NCBI GenBank assembly: GCA_022813965.1
Contig: JALDZS010000023.1
Coordinates: 170,321-190,320 of the forward strand
From: Toensbergia leucococca
Lineage: Eukaryota
Reading direction: 5' to 3'
DNA length: 20,000 bases
Shown here piece after piece: positions 1-11,789 of the stretch. The notes below the pieces were generated by a model, which was given only the letters and a program-made list of their open reading frames with translations, was not told the DNA's origin and ran no database searches. Position numbers and translations under genes: made by a program. The stretch's first letter is position 1. The number at the start of each line of letters is the position of its first letter.

Positions 1-262
1 ATCAGAAGATATGTTACTCTCCCAGCATCAAAGCAAATCTGGTTATAAAAGTCTCAAGAATCAAATCATCAGACTTGATTAAGGATGATATTTTGGATTT
101 TTGGAATGATACTGGTATTATCTCAGTCCGATTTTCTCAATCGAAGGAATGCCAAGATTTGCAACACATACGCTAATAATGATCTAACGAAAGCCGTGAC
201 CTCATTTCCTCTGACGATCAACACCAATAAACCCCGAAGACCAACACCTTTACAATTTGATC

Positions 263-902
263 ATGGGCTCTTCGTCTTCCAAAACTGCCAAAACAGCAGC
301 AGGTGTCGCAAAAAGGCACTACCCACAAAGAACCCCGCAACACACCAACGCGCCGTCAGCTCCACGCCAACCACCCGGTCAATCGACTACCCCGGGTCCA
401 ACAGTCCATCCGCAAGCTCAAGCAAGCAGCTCAAAAGACCAATGTTTGCATGCCACCATCAGCCTAACCTACAGTCCACTAAACTCCTACAGCCATCTCC
501 CTCGATGCCTCCGACCCAGACTTCGCGCGCTCCCTCCGTGCACTGGGCCCAGTCAGCCCAGCCCCTACGCACTCCCACTCGGCTATGAGTCAACAAACTC
601 CCGATCAACACTCCTCGCGCCCTCCAATATTTCCCAATCCAGCTAGTAATCCTGCTGTACAGATTCTCACTGCCCGAGAAAATCTGGCGCGGATGGCAGA
701 AGCGGAGTTTGCGCGGCCAGGAAAGGACAGGGTTGGCAGGAGGTTTTTGGATGTCATTACTATACGGCAGGTGCTGTCTTTGCGGGATGACAGGGGCATG
801 GGCGCGGGAGACATTGAGAAGAAGTTGGGGTTGGCGACTGGGGTGGTGGAAAGATTGGGAGGGAAGGGTGTTGTAGGGGACACGACTGTAGGTGGGTTAT
901 GA
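263..902 (+). CDS. Hypothetical fungal protein (~196 aa) with a possible C-terminal helix-turn-helix-like region and an N-terminal MGSSSS motif
   Basis: Exons 263-443 and 493-902. The intron 444-492 (GTTTGC...CTAAC/CTAAA...TACAG) joins ORF 257..646 to ORF 585..902 in frame (KDQ-SISLDASDPDFARSLRALGPV...). The C-terminus reads FLDVITIRQVLSLRDDRGMGAGDIEKKLGLATGVVERLG, which looks HTH-like. Confidence 0.75.
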
Positions 903-1083
903 TAAGTACTGAGAGATGCGATGTGCATACATCGTACCTGGAAGACGTTTGAAAATTGCACGTGAGAGCTGCTTTTGAGACTGCAGATGGGAAAGAGGTC
1001 CATGGCTTGAGTACATATGTATATACTACCCTCTTGTCTAGCTGATGCTAAAACCCAACTAGACTGCTGACGATTTTGCGTCC

Positions 1084-2229
1084 CTACCAAGCCGAATGAC
1101 CGCCATCCATCCGCAGATCCGCCGCCGTCATAAAGCTAGATGCATCGCTAATCAGGAACACGGCCGCCCCTCTATACTCGCGTGGCTCGCTCAGCTTCCC
1201 AAGCATATTCTGCGTCGGCCAGTCCCTTCTCCGCTCAGGGAACTGCTTGAAAAGCTCTTCCACCATGGCAGTGACAATGTATCCCGGAGAAATGGTATTG
1301 ACCCGGATGCCATGTTGGCCCCATTCTGATGCGAGGTTCCGAGCTAATTGGACGACGCCGGCTTTGGATGCGTTGTAGGCCGGGCAGATCAAACCCTGAG
1401 AAGTTCAGCAGGATTTGTCTCTAGGTCATTTCCCGACACCAGGAAATACATACTCTGTTTGCGATGGTCGCGCTCATGCTTGCGATCAGGGCAATGCTCC
1501 CTCCATTTTCAAACTTTATCATCTGCTTTGCTGGATTTCATCAGGACCATATTTTCACTCAAGCCATGGTAACATACCAACAGCCTGCGCGGTCATAAAC
1601 ACCCCGGTGATATTGATCTCAAACATCATGTTAGCGTCTTTGGCCGTGTAGTCAAGCGCCGTGGTCTCTTGTTGGATACCAGCCGCGGCAATAAGTCCAT
1701 CCAACCGACCATGCTCCTCTCCTACATCGCCAACGACCTTGTTCAACCCCTCCACATTCCGCACATCGATTCTACGATAGTGGAACGTAGTCCCGAGCTC
1801 TTCTGCGGCTCGTTTCTGTACCCGGTAGAAGTCGGGCGAAGGTTCCTGTAGGCGATCTAGAGCATAGACAGTTGCGCCTGCTTCGAGCAAGGCCTCGGCT
1901 TGGGTAAGGCCAAGTCCTCGGGCGGCGCCAGAGACAAGGACAATCTTGTCTGTGAGATTAAATTCTGGCATTCGTTTTGTTGTTCCTAGGAAGCTGGAGG
2001 ATTCGGTATTGGTCCGTAGGTTAATGTCTTCTTTGGGGGGTGGGGCGGGAGGGCCTCGGCCAGGGGATTCTGGAGCATGGCCCTTTGGCGGGTTGTCAAG
2101 TCCCGGGGACGATGCTAGAAGGGGCCGGTATGTAGAGAAACCTTGGAGAAAGCTGGACCGGCTGCCCTTTAGACGAGGGTCTTGGAGAAACCGGAATGCT
2201 TTTGGAAGCTGACGCAGGACTGTTTGCAT
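1084..2229 (-). CDS. Short-chain dehydrogenase/reductase, D-arabinitol 2-dehydrogenase / sorbose reductase-like (~346 aa)
   Basis: Exons 2229-1578, 1530-1454 and 1395-1084; introns 1577-1531 and 1453-1396, both GTATGT...CAG. Motifs: VSGAARGLG (GxxxGxG), AAGI, IASMS, YNASK (YxxxK), IRVNTISPG and DGG. Substrate is inferred from family resemblance only. Confidence 0.9.
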
Positions 2230-2795
2230 ATTGAAGGCAATAGAGATAGACAAAGTCCAAGCAAAGAATAACCAGAAGCTTGATAGGGGACTTGAGATTC
2301 GAGAGCGAGGCTTTTCAGGAAGGTCATACACAATGTGGAGGATTGACGGTTTTGTTGAGCTTGAAGACACTATTGTACATACAATATTAGAGCAGAGGAA
2401 ATCAGTCTGGATTGAGATTTGAGAAGTGATTCTGTCACACCAGAGTCATCTGAAACACAAGGAGTCATGCACAAAAATTCCAACATCTATTATAGACTGC
2501 AATAGAGTAGCTTGGTGGAAACATCGTAGTTCTAGCGGGGGGAAATCTTCCGTGCCATGACTCCACTTCGCAACTTCCAAGCCGAGTCTCACAATCTCAT
2601 GTTCTGAATTGAATGTTGATTTTGGGGACACTATGACGCACCAGCCTTAGGCCTGGGATTGACGTGCATCTGCTTATCGGACTGATAGGGGCGAATTGCC
2701 CTGAGCTTATTCTGCATTGTTCGCTTTACCTTCGGTGTTCATCGTTTGTCTGTTTCTTCTCTCTTGGAAACATTCTTACATGGAAACCCTTCCTA

Positions 2796-2828
2796 GACCA
2801 TCCACATTGACCATCCACATTGACCATC
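2796..2828 (+). repeat. 13-bp tandem repeat (GACCATCCACATT x2.5) abutting the amidase ATG
   Basis: GACCATCCACATT-GACCATCCACATT-GACCATC is followed directly by ATG at 2829. Confidence 0.85.
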
Positions 2829-4735
2829 ATGAGCAAAATAAGCTGGCAAGATACTGCCAAAACAGCCCAAGAATATCGTGATGCTAGCATCAATCGTATT
2901 GAGCCAGCCGTGCCAGATGTTCCTCGCGAGCTCCCTCGGGATGTGACTACCATACCAGAGCAATTGCTTACAACAGAAGAAGTGCATATAACACAAACCA
3001 CGGCCGAGGACCTTGTTGCTGCTCTTGCTACTGGCAAGCTGATGAGCACACAAGTCACAAATGCTTTTCTGCGCCGAGCTGGCCTTGCCCAGAAACTCGT
3101 ATGTCTACTTTATTAACACATAGGTAACGCAACAGCTTGGCTGACTGCTAATGCTGTAAATGGAAGGCTAATTGCATCACTGAGCTCCTCCCCGAACGAG
3201 CATTGACCAGAGCCAAATACCTAGATGACTTTTACGCCCAACATAAAAGACCAATTGGCCCTTTGCATGGCCTACCCATCAGCGTCAAGGAACATGTGGG
3301 TATGAAAGATCTCGGCCTCAATGCGGGATTCGTCAGCTGGTGGGACAACAAGGGGAAGGACGATTCTCGCATTCTTAAAATTCTTTGGAATGCAGGTTGT
3401 GTATTCTTCGCTCGCACAACCCAACCACAGACGTTGATGCACCTGGAGACTTCAAATAATCTCTACGGCGTTACGGTAAACCCTTTCAACCGCAATCTTA
3501 CATCTGGAGGTAGTTCGGGTGGAGAGGGTGCCCTCATCGGATTGCGGGGAAGTTGCTTGGGTATAGGAACAGATATTGGAGGCAGCATACGCAGCCCTGC
3601 AGCGAATTGCGGCCTTTATGGTCTACGGCCCACGAGCTATCGTCTACCCACTGATGGATGGGCAGCTACAATGATGGTATTAAGGATGACCCTTCCTTAG
3701 CGCTTCACTTATAGATCTGATATGATTTAGGGTGAAGAACAAATCGTTCCTGTCATAGGACCTCTGAGTACCAGTCTGGAAGGAATAAAGCTTTTTATGA
3801 AGACTATTATCACAGCGAAGCCGTGGCTTGAAGAAGCATCTTTACTACCGTTTCCGTGGAGAGATCAAGAATCACACCTCGGATCAGGACAGGGCAAAAA
3901 GCTCAAGATAGGTGTCTTATGGAGCGATGAAGTTGTAAAGCCACATCCACCAGTTATCCGTGCCCTAGAAGAGGTGGTAACGAAGCTAGAAGCAGTAGAT
4001 GATGTTGAGATTGTCAGCTGGAAACCGTACAAGCATGATGAAGCATGGGAGATCATTGCTAGCTTGTACTTTGGCGATGGAGGCAAGGAAGAATCAGATG
4101 CTATTGAGGAGAGCAGCGAGCCTTGGAGACCATTGTCAACGTTTATCATCAAGGAAAATCCATTTGTGAAACATCGTAGTATCGAGGATGTGTGGCACAT
4201 GACCGAAAGAAGAGAAGCGTATAGACGAGCATATGCTAAGGTCTGGAATGACACAGCTACAGGCACGAGTAAGACAGGTGAACCCGAAGGCGTGGTGGAT
4301 GTCATACTTTGTCCTGTGGGTCCTGGAGCTGCGCCGTTGATAGACAATGCCAAATACTGGGGATATACTAGTCAATGGAACTTATTAGATTACCCAGCAT
4401 TAGTGTTCCCGGTTTCAAAGCTGGATCCGGAACTCGACACGGTGGATAAAGAATACCAACCTATGAACGAACAAGATGACTTCAATTACAAGCTATGTCC
4501 GTGGAATTCTCTACCTTATTGATGGTATACATATCTCGGTCTAACCTGCATCAGATGACCCCGAAAAATATCAGGGTGCGCCAATTTCGCTACAGCTCGT
4601 AGGAAGGAGATATGACGACGAGAAGGTGAATTCATCTCCATAGTAATGAGGAAAACATTGACAATGGAGTAGGTTGTGGAAGCTCTTGAATACATCAAGG
4701 AGAAGGCTGGACTGCCTTTCTCCAGCTATGTCTAG
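2829..4735 (+). CDS. Amidase-signature family amidase, acetamidase/general amidase-like (~559 aa)
   Basis: Exons 2829-3098, 3167-3676, 3731-4496, 4555-4625 and 4673-4735 splice in frame (1680 nt). Motifs: GPLHGLPISVKE (catalytic Lys), GGSSGGEGA, GTDIGGSIRSPA (Ser-cisSer-Lys triad), YTSQWNLLDYPA and GAPISLQLVGRRYDDEK. Confidence 0.92.
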
Positions 4736-5402
4736 ATTGATTGTCAATCTTGGATATCTCAATACTATGAAGTCTTCAAGTACGAAGCATAACCAGGACG
4801 ATGGCTCCGAGTGTTCTCTCTAGTGTCTCTAGAGTTCCTACTCGAAAAGTCAATAAGTAATTCTTAGTCTGTATTCAATATTCTCTCATGCGGGTTCTTT
4901 TCTCAATTGGTCTCCTGGTCTCTCGCACCTCCGACCAAGCAATCAATATCACTACTTCATCTTCTGAGTATCCCATTGCTTAGTCTTGAAGCTCTTGTTT
5001 TTTTTGAAAGTGGTTCTAGCTCCAGCCATACAAAGTAGAAGCACAATACAAATTGGGAGCTTGCTGTTGAGTCCATACAGCAAAGCAAAGCATTGTGTTC
5101 ACTTTTTTCTTGGGAAATGGCTCTTCAAGTAGCCGAGTTACAACCAACTACCTACCTATTCATTTCTGGTAAGATCTTGGTCTGGGGAACGGACGCTCAG
5201 ATTCATTTGCAAGTGCCGCCGAGCCGCCCAGGCACGGGCCCACGTGAGAAGTCTCACCGCGCCAATGCAACCAACTTAAACGTGTTTTTACACGCGCTTT
5301 TTGGTAGGAAGAAACCTTAATTACTTATGTCATCGTTGCACCCGACTTCAACAACCTCGCTGTGTCTCATTCTCTATACATTCTTACTGCGTCTCCCTCA
5401 TA

Positions 5403-7457
5403 ATGCAGACCCTGTCACTGACTTGGAAAGCACTTGCTTACACTATTCTTACTGTTTCATGCCACGGTAAGCAATGATGCAACCAATAATTCTCAGTCAA
5501 TAGAGGATTACCGAGTACGCTTCATAACTGACCTTCTCAAGCATCTAACATCATACAACGAGGCGCCTCGCTGAGATTTGACACAGCTCCCTCGTTAAGT
5601 ACATTACAAAGTCGAGCTTATCCCAATGCCCCCAATGGCTACACTCCACAGGGCCAAGATTGCCCCACAAATAGGCCTGTTATTCGCGAGGCATCGGGCC
5701 TCTCGCCTAACGAGACAAGCTGGCTGGAGGTGCGCCGGAATATCACGGTAGACCCCATGCGAGAGTTACTAGAAAGAGTCAATATTACTGGCTTCAATGC
5801 CAGTTCATACATCACCAACAATGCTCACAACACTACCGCTTTACCGAATGTTGCCATTGCTGTGTCAGGAGGTGGTTACAGAGCTATGTTGAATGGAGCG
5901 GGCGCCGTACAAGCCTTTGATAATCGAGAGGCGAATTCAACCACAGTCGGACATCTAGGTGGACTACTTCAAGCTTCCACATATCTCGCTGGACTGAGTG
6001 GCGGAGGATGGCTCATTGGGAGTATCGCCGTAAATAATTTCACCACGGTTTCCGATCTGCTGAATTCAAACATAAGTTCAACATGGCAACTCCAAAATTC
6101 CATTTTCGAGGGACCCTCAGTTGGTAGTTTCCAGTTGCTCGATAGTGTTGAGTATTACGACGAAGTCTATGAAGCAGTGGATGGTAAAGATGATGCTGGA
6201 TTTCCCGTTTCTGTCACAGACTATTGGGGTCGAACTTTGTCGTATCAGCTTGTCAACGCCAGCGACGGTGGGCCAGACTATACCTGGTCATCCATTGCGT
6301 TGGACTACAACCTCACTAGTGGTGATTTTCCGCTGCCGATTCTTGTAGCTGATGGCCGAGCGCCTGGCCAGCTTCTGATCCCAGGAAACACAACCGTCTA
6401 CGAGTTTAGCCCTTGGGAATTTGGTTCCTGGGATCCAACTATCTACGGATTCGTGCCGTTGGAATTTCTGGGATCCAACTTCTCCAACGGCGTTCTTCCC
6501 TCCAATGAAAAATGCGTTCGAGGCTACGATAACGTAGGCTACGTCATGGGAACTTCCTCATCCCTTTTCAATCAGTTCCTGCTCCAAATCAACAATACGG
6601 ATATTCCTACAGCGTTCAAAACTGCTCTCACACACGTACTTAACGACGTCTCCACCTCCGACGATGATATCGCCGTCTACAGCCCCAACCCTTTCTTTGG
6701 CTACAACAAAGCCAATTCTCTAGAAGCTCAATCCACAAACTTGACCTTGGTAGACGGTGGAGAGGACGATGAAAATATTCCGCTCCATCCCCTCATCCAA
6801 CCCTTACGCCACGTCGACGTCATCTTCGCTGTCGACAGTAGCGCCGACACAACGACCTATTGGCCCAATGGCACCTCCCTCGTTGCAACCTACCAGCGCA
6901 GCCTCAACGGCACCGGGATTGGAAACGGCACCTCCTTCCCTTCTGTGCCAGATCAAAACACATTCGTCAACCTCGGCCTCAACACCCGCCCCACCTTCTT
7001 CGGCTGCAACTCCTCGAATACCACAGGCCCTACCCCGCTAATCGTCTATCTCCCCAACTACCCCTACGTTTACCACTCCAACATCTCTACCTTTACCCCT
7101 ACCTACAATACTTCCACCCGCGACGCCGTCATCCAGAACGGCTATGACGTCGCCACCATGGCCAACGCAACTACCGACTCCCAATGGCCCGCTTGCGTCG
7201 GCTGCGCAATTCTGAGCCGCAGCTTGGAAAGGACTGGTACCCCTGTGCCGGATGTGTGCACTAAGTGCTTCCAGAATTATTGCTGGGATGGAACGCTGAA
7301 CAGTACCACGCCGGCGACATATGAGCCGGTCATGACGCTGGCTGGTGCAAATGCTACGAAGAGCGCTGCTTCTGCTGGTATAAGGGGTACTTCTGGAGTT
7401 GTTATTTTTGCTACTGCGGCGGCAGCTGCAGTAGCGATCGTTGTGGTTGTTTTGTGA
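5403..7457 (+). CDS. plb1: Lysophospholipase / phospholipase B (PLA2_B family), secreted and probably GPI-anchored (~659 aa)
   Basis: Exon 5403-5466 encodes a signal-peptide-like [21 protein letters not shown]. Intron 5467-5541 is GTAAGC...CTGAC...CAAG; exon 2 is 5542-7457. Motifs: [26 protein letters not shown] nucleophile and LVDGGED. There are many N-x-S/T sites and a hydrophobic C-terminal tail. The paralog number is not determinable. Confidence 0.93.
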
Positions 7458-7794
7458 GATGTATATTTATGGAGAGAGGAATATTGTGTATGATGGCCGC
7501 ATTTCTGAGACGCGGTCTGGGCAATTTTTGCGACGGTGCAGGGGCATACATAGACTTGTTCATTCATTGGGAGAAGCATGGAGGTTCTAATACTGCATAG
7601 CCTAGGAGTTCTTTTTATGGGGGGGGCAGGGGAGGTTGAAGGGAGGAATAAATCCTGGTTTTTCCTGTTCTATACACTACTTCATATCCCTCTTCCGAAC
7701 ACCATGCACCTAATCGATTGTGAACAATCGTTTCTCTTTGATTAAAGTAAATGAATCAATGAGAAATGTTGAGTCTCAGTCTTGATTTATACTA

Positions 7795-8518
7795 CCGTAT
7801 AATCTGTCATATAAGATACTAGTCCTTTAGTCCGTTCATCGTCCTAAGTTCAATTGGAACCATATCTTATACTCCCGTAGTATCCTTTAAACAGAATCAT
7901 GTCTTATACTCGGTCCTCGGGCAAGGTCTGAGCTGAAAATCAATACAGTCACTTGAGATACTCATCATACTCACTATCAACCTCTCTAACACATCCCCGC
8001 CTCATCTTTACACATCTCATCTGTACACATCTATCTAGTCATGGCCCCCCTCATACTCCCTCAAAGGGACAGACTATATTAACAGACTGAACTAAAAGAC
8101 CTGAAGAGACAATTGATGGACGGTGAAAAAATTGATCACTGATTGTTTGATGAGAAATCACTAAGCGATCGGCGGTCAATTTTTTCACCCCCCCCTCCGA
8201 ATCAGTCTTGAGTCAGTGAATGAGAAGAAGGAGGAGGAAGGGGAGAAAAAGGGAAGAAGGATGAGGAGGGGAAGGAGAAGAGGGAGGAGGTTCAGGTATT
8301 TGACACTGACGATGAGGATGAGAATGAGTATGAGTCAGCCAGTGAGGATGAGTAGAAGGAGGTGAAATACATACCTGAGACCCACCCCCCCCCCCCACAT
8401 GTAGATATTATCTTATAGATCAAAACACCCTCAGTCTACAGAAATCGATTTGGAACCATATCTTATACTCCCATAGTATCTTGTAAACCGACCATGTCTT
8501 ATATGACAGATTATACGG
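7795..8518. mobile_element. Non-autonomous Tc1/mariner-superfamily (pogo/Tc2-like) DNA transposon or MITE, 724 bp
   Basis: Perfect 22-bp TIRs CCGTATAATCTGTCATATAAGA at 7795-7816 and its reverse complement at 8497-8518. TA flanks both ends (7793-7794, 8519-8520). No intact transposase is present. Confidence 0.88.
8122..8189. repeat. 32-bp inverted repeat with a GAAA loop inside the transposon
   Basis: Arms 8122-8153 and 8158-8189 give 25 Watson-Crick, 5 G-T and 2 A-C pairs with no gaps. The loop is GAAA at 8154-8157. Confidence 0.9.
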
Positions 8519-11500
8519 TATCTTATGACCTGAACTCTGATGACGTCTATTAACTTCATGATCAAAGAACTGTTGAAGGATGAGGGAGTCTTGTCAGATC
8601 TTCGTCTCTAAAATTCTGTGAATCTGTTTATACTATGTAATAAAACTGGATTATGTAGAGTGATATACAACTTCCTGACCAAGATCCTGCTGCCGTTTGT
8701 TTGCGTAGGTGTCATTGAATCAAATCACAGGCGTCAAAATGTTGTCATAGGCGTCAGAACAAGCGCCGCAATCTGAAGTCATGAATGGGCTTTGGGGTAT
8801 CCGAACATGTATCTCTAACATCCAGCTAAATTAGTGCGTTTAACGTCCACCTCGACGGTGAAGCTTTGCAAGTCGTCTTCGTTTCTTCAGCCAATGAGAG
8901 GTCTACCTGGACGGATAGACGGGGACGGTACGGATCCCTGATTCCGAGGGACATGCGGCTGAGCCTTGTAAGGAATAGGGCTGGGGGTTCATGTCTTGGA
9001 AAAAATGGTGCGAAGTACCCGGAATGTTTTCAAGACATGTAGCTCAGTCATGTGAAAGATGAGACTGGGTAAAATGCCGGGTTTCTTGTTTCATCTCAAT
9101 CTCTTGTCCTGTAAAGGAGGCGTATCTTGGTTTCCGCCATACGGGACATATCCCAAGATATGGAATTGGTAAAAATCATGGAATCCTGGTCTTTGATCTC
9201 GATCTGCGTTCTGAAAAGCACCTTGCTATTCTGACGTGGTAGTTTTAGCGAATGATTCTGTGAGGATGTTCAAATTAGCAAGCGCATGATGCAGCAAGGA
9301 AAGCCAGCATTTGATCTCGATTGATAATTTCAGAAGGAGGTCGATAGGTCAGCTGAGAGCAATGACGGGAAATTCATTTTTAACAGTGTCAGTGGATTCA
9401 TTGAGCCGTGATTGTTTTAGGATTTTGCTTTGATTTCGCTACATCTACCAATATCTTTTCATGGACCATGGCGCCCAGCGCTGTGGCTTGAAGGATCTCG
9501 TTAAAAATTGACAAGGGTGACCACAGTGGTGGAATGTTGTGGCGCACGTGCTTGTGCAAAGATGATTAGCTGAGAAGATGAAAGAAGGTGGGGGGCAAAG
9601 ATCGAGATGATATGGCAATGCTTGATCTGGTTACTTGACAGTGAAGAGAATTGTGAAGGTGGCGGACTGAGCCTGCATTGTGGGCTTTTCCTGGTGTGGG
9701 GGTGTTCGTGGGGGTGGTGGTCTTGCGTTTCAAGAAACGTTGTGGAAACACCTATGGGCGAATCAGAGGATTTCTGTTGAGCGTGGGGTGAGAAAATGGG
9801 GGTAAAGTAGTATTGAGGGGCTTCAAAAAAAGAATAGAGAAAAGGAATGACTAGGAAGATCCTAGGAAGGATCATGCTGAAGGCGGCGTGAAGCAGAAGA
9901 ACATAATAAAAGCAATTTTTGAGAATGTAAAGCATTTACTATTCTAAAAGACGTTGCAAAGAACAAAACAGGGTTGGTGGGGTTTAGATGCATTCGTACG
10001 TAAGCACCATCAAATTCGTTCCACGCTCATTACTCTGTAGTGTCCCTCAAGCACAACCAACCGAGGAACACATGATTGATCAGGCACAAGCGGTGAAGGT
10101 AGTAAGAAATACATCAGTTTACTGTAAATTACAGCCATAGCCACTAGCGAGTTGAATGTCTGAGGCCTTTAGATTTTCAGGAGTCCATAAGCCACGTTCG
10201 AAGACTTCAGCTGTGCGAGGTGTGGTGATGGTTGGTGAGCGAACGATGATGCACCCAAGGTATATTTGGCTCAAATAGGCAATTGCAGGGGAGAATTCGA
10301 AATTGCGAGTACCAATCGGATAGTTTAAGATTTCCATTTCCATTTCCACCCTGCTACTGCTAGTACCGAGCAATGGAAGTGGATCCGACCGGGCACGCGG
10401 GACCGTGGGGCCGTGATTTGCTCCCTTGATTCTCGAACCAGGAATGGCCTTCTGTTGGACAAACGACCCAAAACGGCTAGGTAGATGACGTTTTTCATCT
10501 CTTCTCCACCTAGCGGTTACCACGGAACTGGAATTGGAAGTGAGACATGGAAAAAGCACATGGTTCGCTGATCAGCTGCAATACCACGTTGCGTGGCTGC
10601 TGATCGTCATTCAAAATTGAAACCATCTACCTAGTTCTACCCAATTACCGTACCTGTACGAGTACCCGTATTTTAAATGAAAGAGGCTGAATGGAGGGTA
10701 TCAGATACACGTAATACAAAGAAGCCACGCCAGCCACACTCACAACAGAGCGAGTCACTGGGCCGTGGACAATTTTGATTCGAGCTCCAGGTTCACATCT
10801 TATCCTCTTCTCTATTCGTCCCGTCGCGCGGCCGCCATCAGAGGCTATGGTGTTCTTAGTACGAGATGGATGGCTCCTCCAACGGCCATGGCTCTTGCTG
10901 CCAGCATCGAGACTAGGATGCTCCTTGGGTACATGCTCCGTCGTCTACTTTCGTGTGAGGAAACAATTAGACTTTTGACACAAACACGGCCTCGAGGCGA
11001 AAGGGATCGTCGCACGTATGCATGATCCCGTCATGCACGACGTCGGCATCACGCTACCGCTTAGTCCTACACAACAGGACGCCCGGCCAGGCTACTCAAC
11101 AGTCCCGAAAAGCGCCCCTTGGGAATGGCCCGACGTCGGTAAGAGTAACATCCCAACCTTACATGTTGTGGGGAGTCTTCGAATGAAGGTGTGGTGCTTT
11201 GTTGGTGGCTTGCAAACCTTCAGGCACTATTCGTACTTGTTCCAGCTAACGTCTTGGGCAGAGCTGCAGCTGAAGCGTCAGGAGCCTCCAGTCTTGCTAA
11301 GCTTCCGCCCCTTCCCTCTCGTCTTGCCGTTGACATGCGATATGCTTTCATTTTCATGACTAGTGAGCATCGAATGTGGCAGCTGTCATGCGGTACCGAC
11401 CTCACCAATTCTTCGCCGATTATTGCTGCACTGACAAGAGGAACTGGAAGCATCACGTAAGATAATTAAGCATTGCAAATCGATGTCTCTATGTACAATA

Positions 11501-11789
11501 GCCGCATAGATAGATGAATTGAGGATAAAATGTAGTCCAGAACTGATGACAGCCCAATGTAATGAACCCTCGATTATCAATGCTGAGAAACAGTGGCGGC
11601 ATTTGATGTACTGTCTGACCACCACAGCCGCCTGGCATCACAAATGACGCAGCACGCTGAACGCTGAACGCTGACACAATGCCGACGGGGGGTATCAAGA
11701 TGGAAGAGAAGCAAAGGAACGCATTTAAATGAACGCTTAAATACCGCCCAATTTTCAGACTTGGATGAGACGTAAATATCCTTTGATCA

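Noticed and set aside
85..588. 167-aa ORF overlapping gene 1
   Set aside because: It is an alternative frame of the spliced gene with no recognisable motifs.
2230..2370. Longer SDR N-terminus given by the ORF track (MSSSSTKP...)
   Set aside because: It starts at a non-ATG codon and adds only 47 codons that look like 5' UTR; ATG 2229 gives a sensible start.
7619..7650. G-rich tract downstream of the phospholipase (possible G-quadruplex)
   Set aside because: The G runs are irregular; such tracts are common in fungal 3' regions and there is no further support.
9501..9935. 144-aa minus-strand ORF with a hydrophobic N-terminus
   Set aside because: The hydrophobicity follows from a T-rich tract and there is no domain support; it is kept only inside the low-interest gap finding.
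10570..10605. Small nested hairpin GATCAGC...CCACG-TTG-CGTGG...GCTGATC
   Set aside because: The stems are short, with no tRNA or snoRNA boxes, and are compatible with chance.
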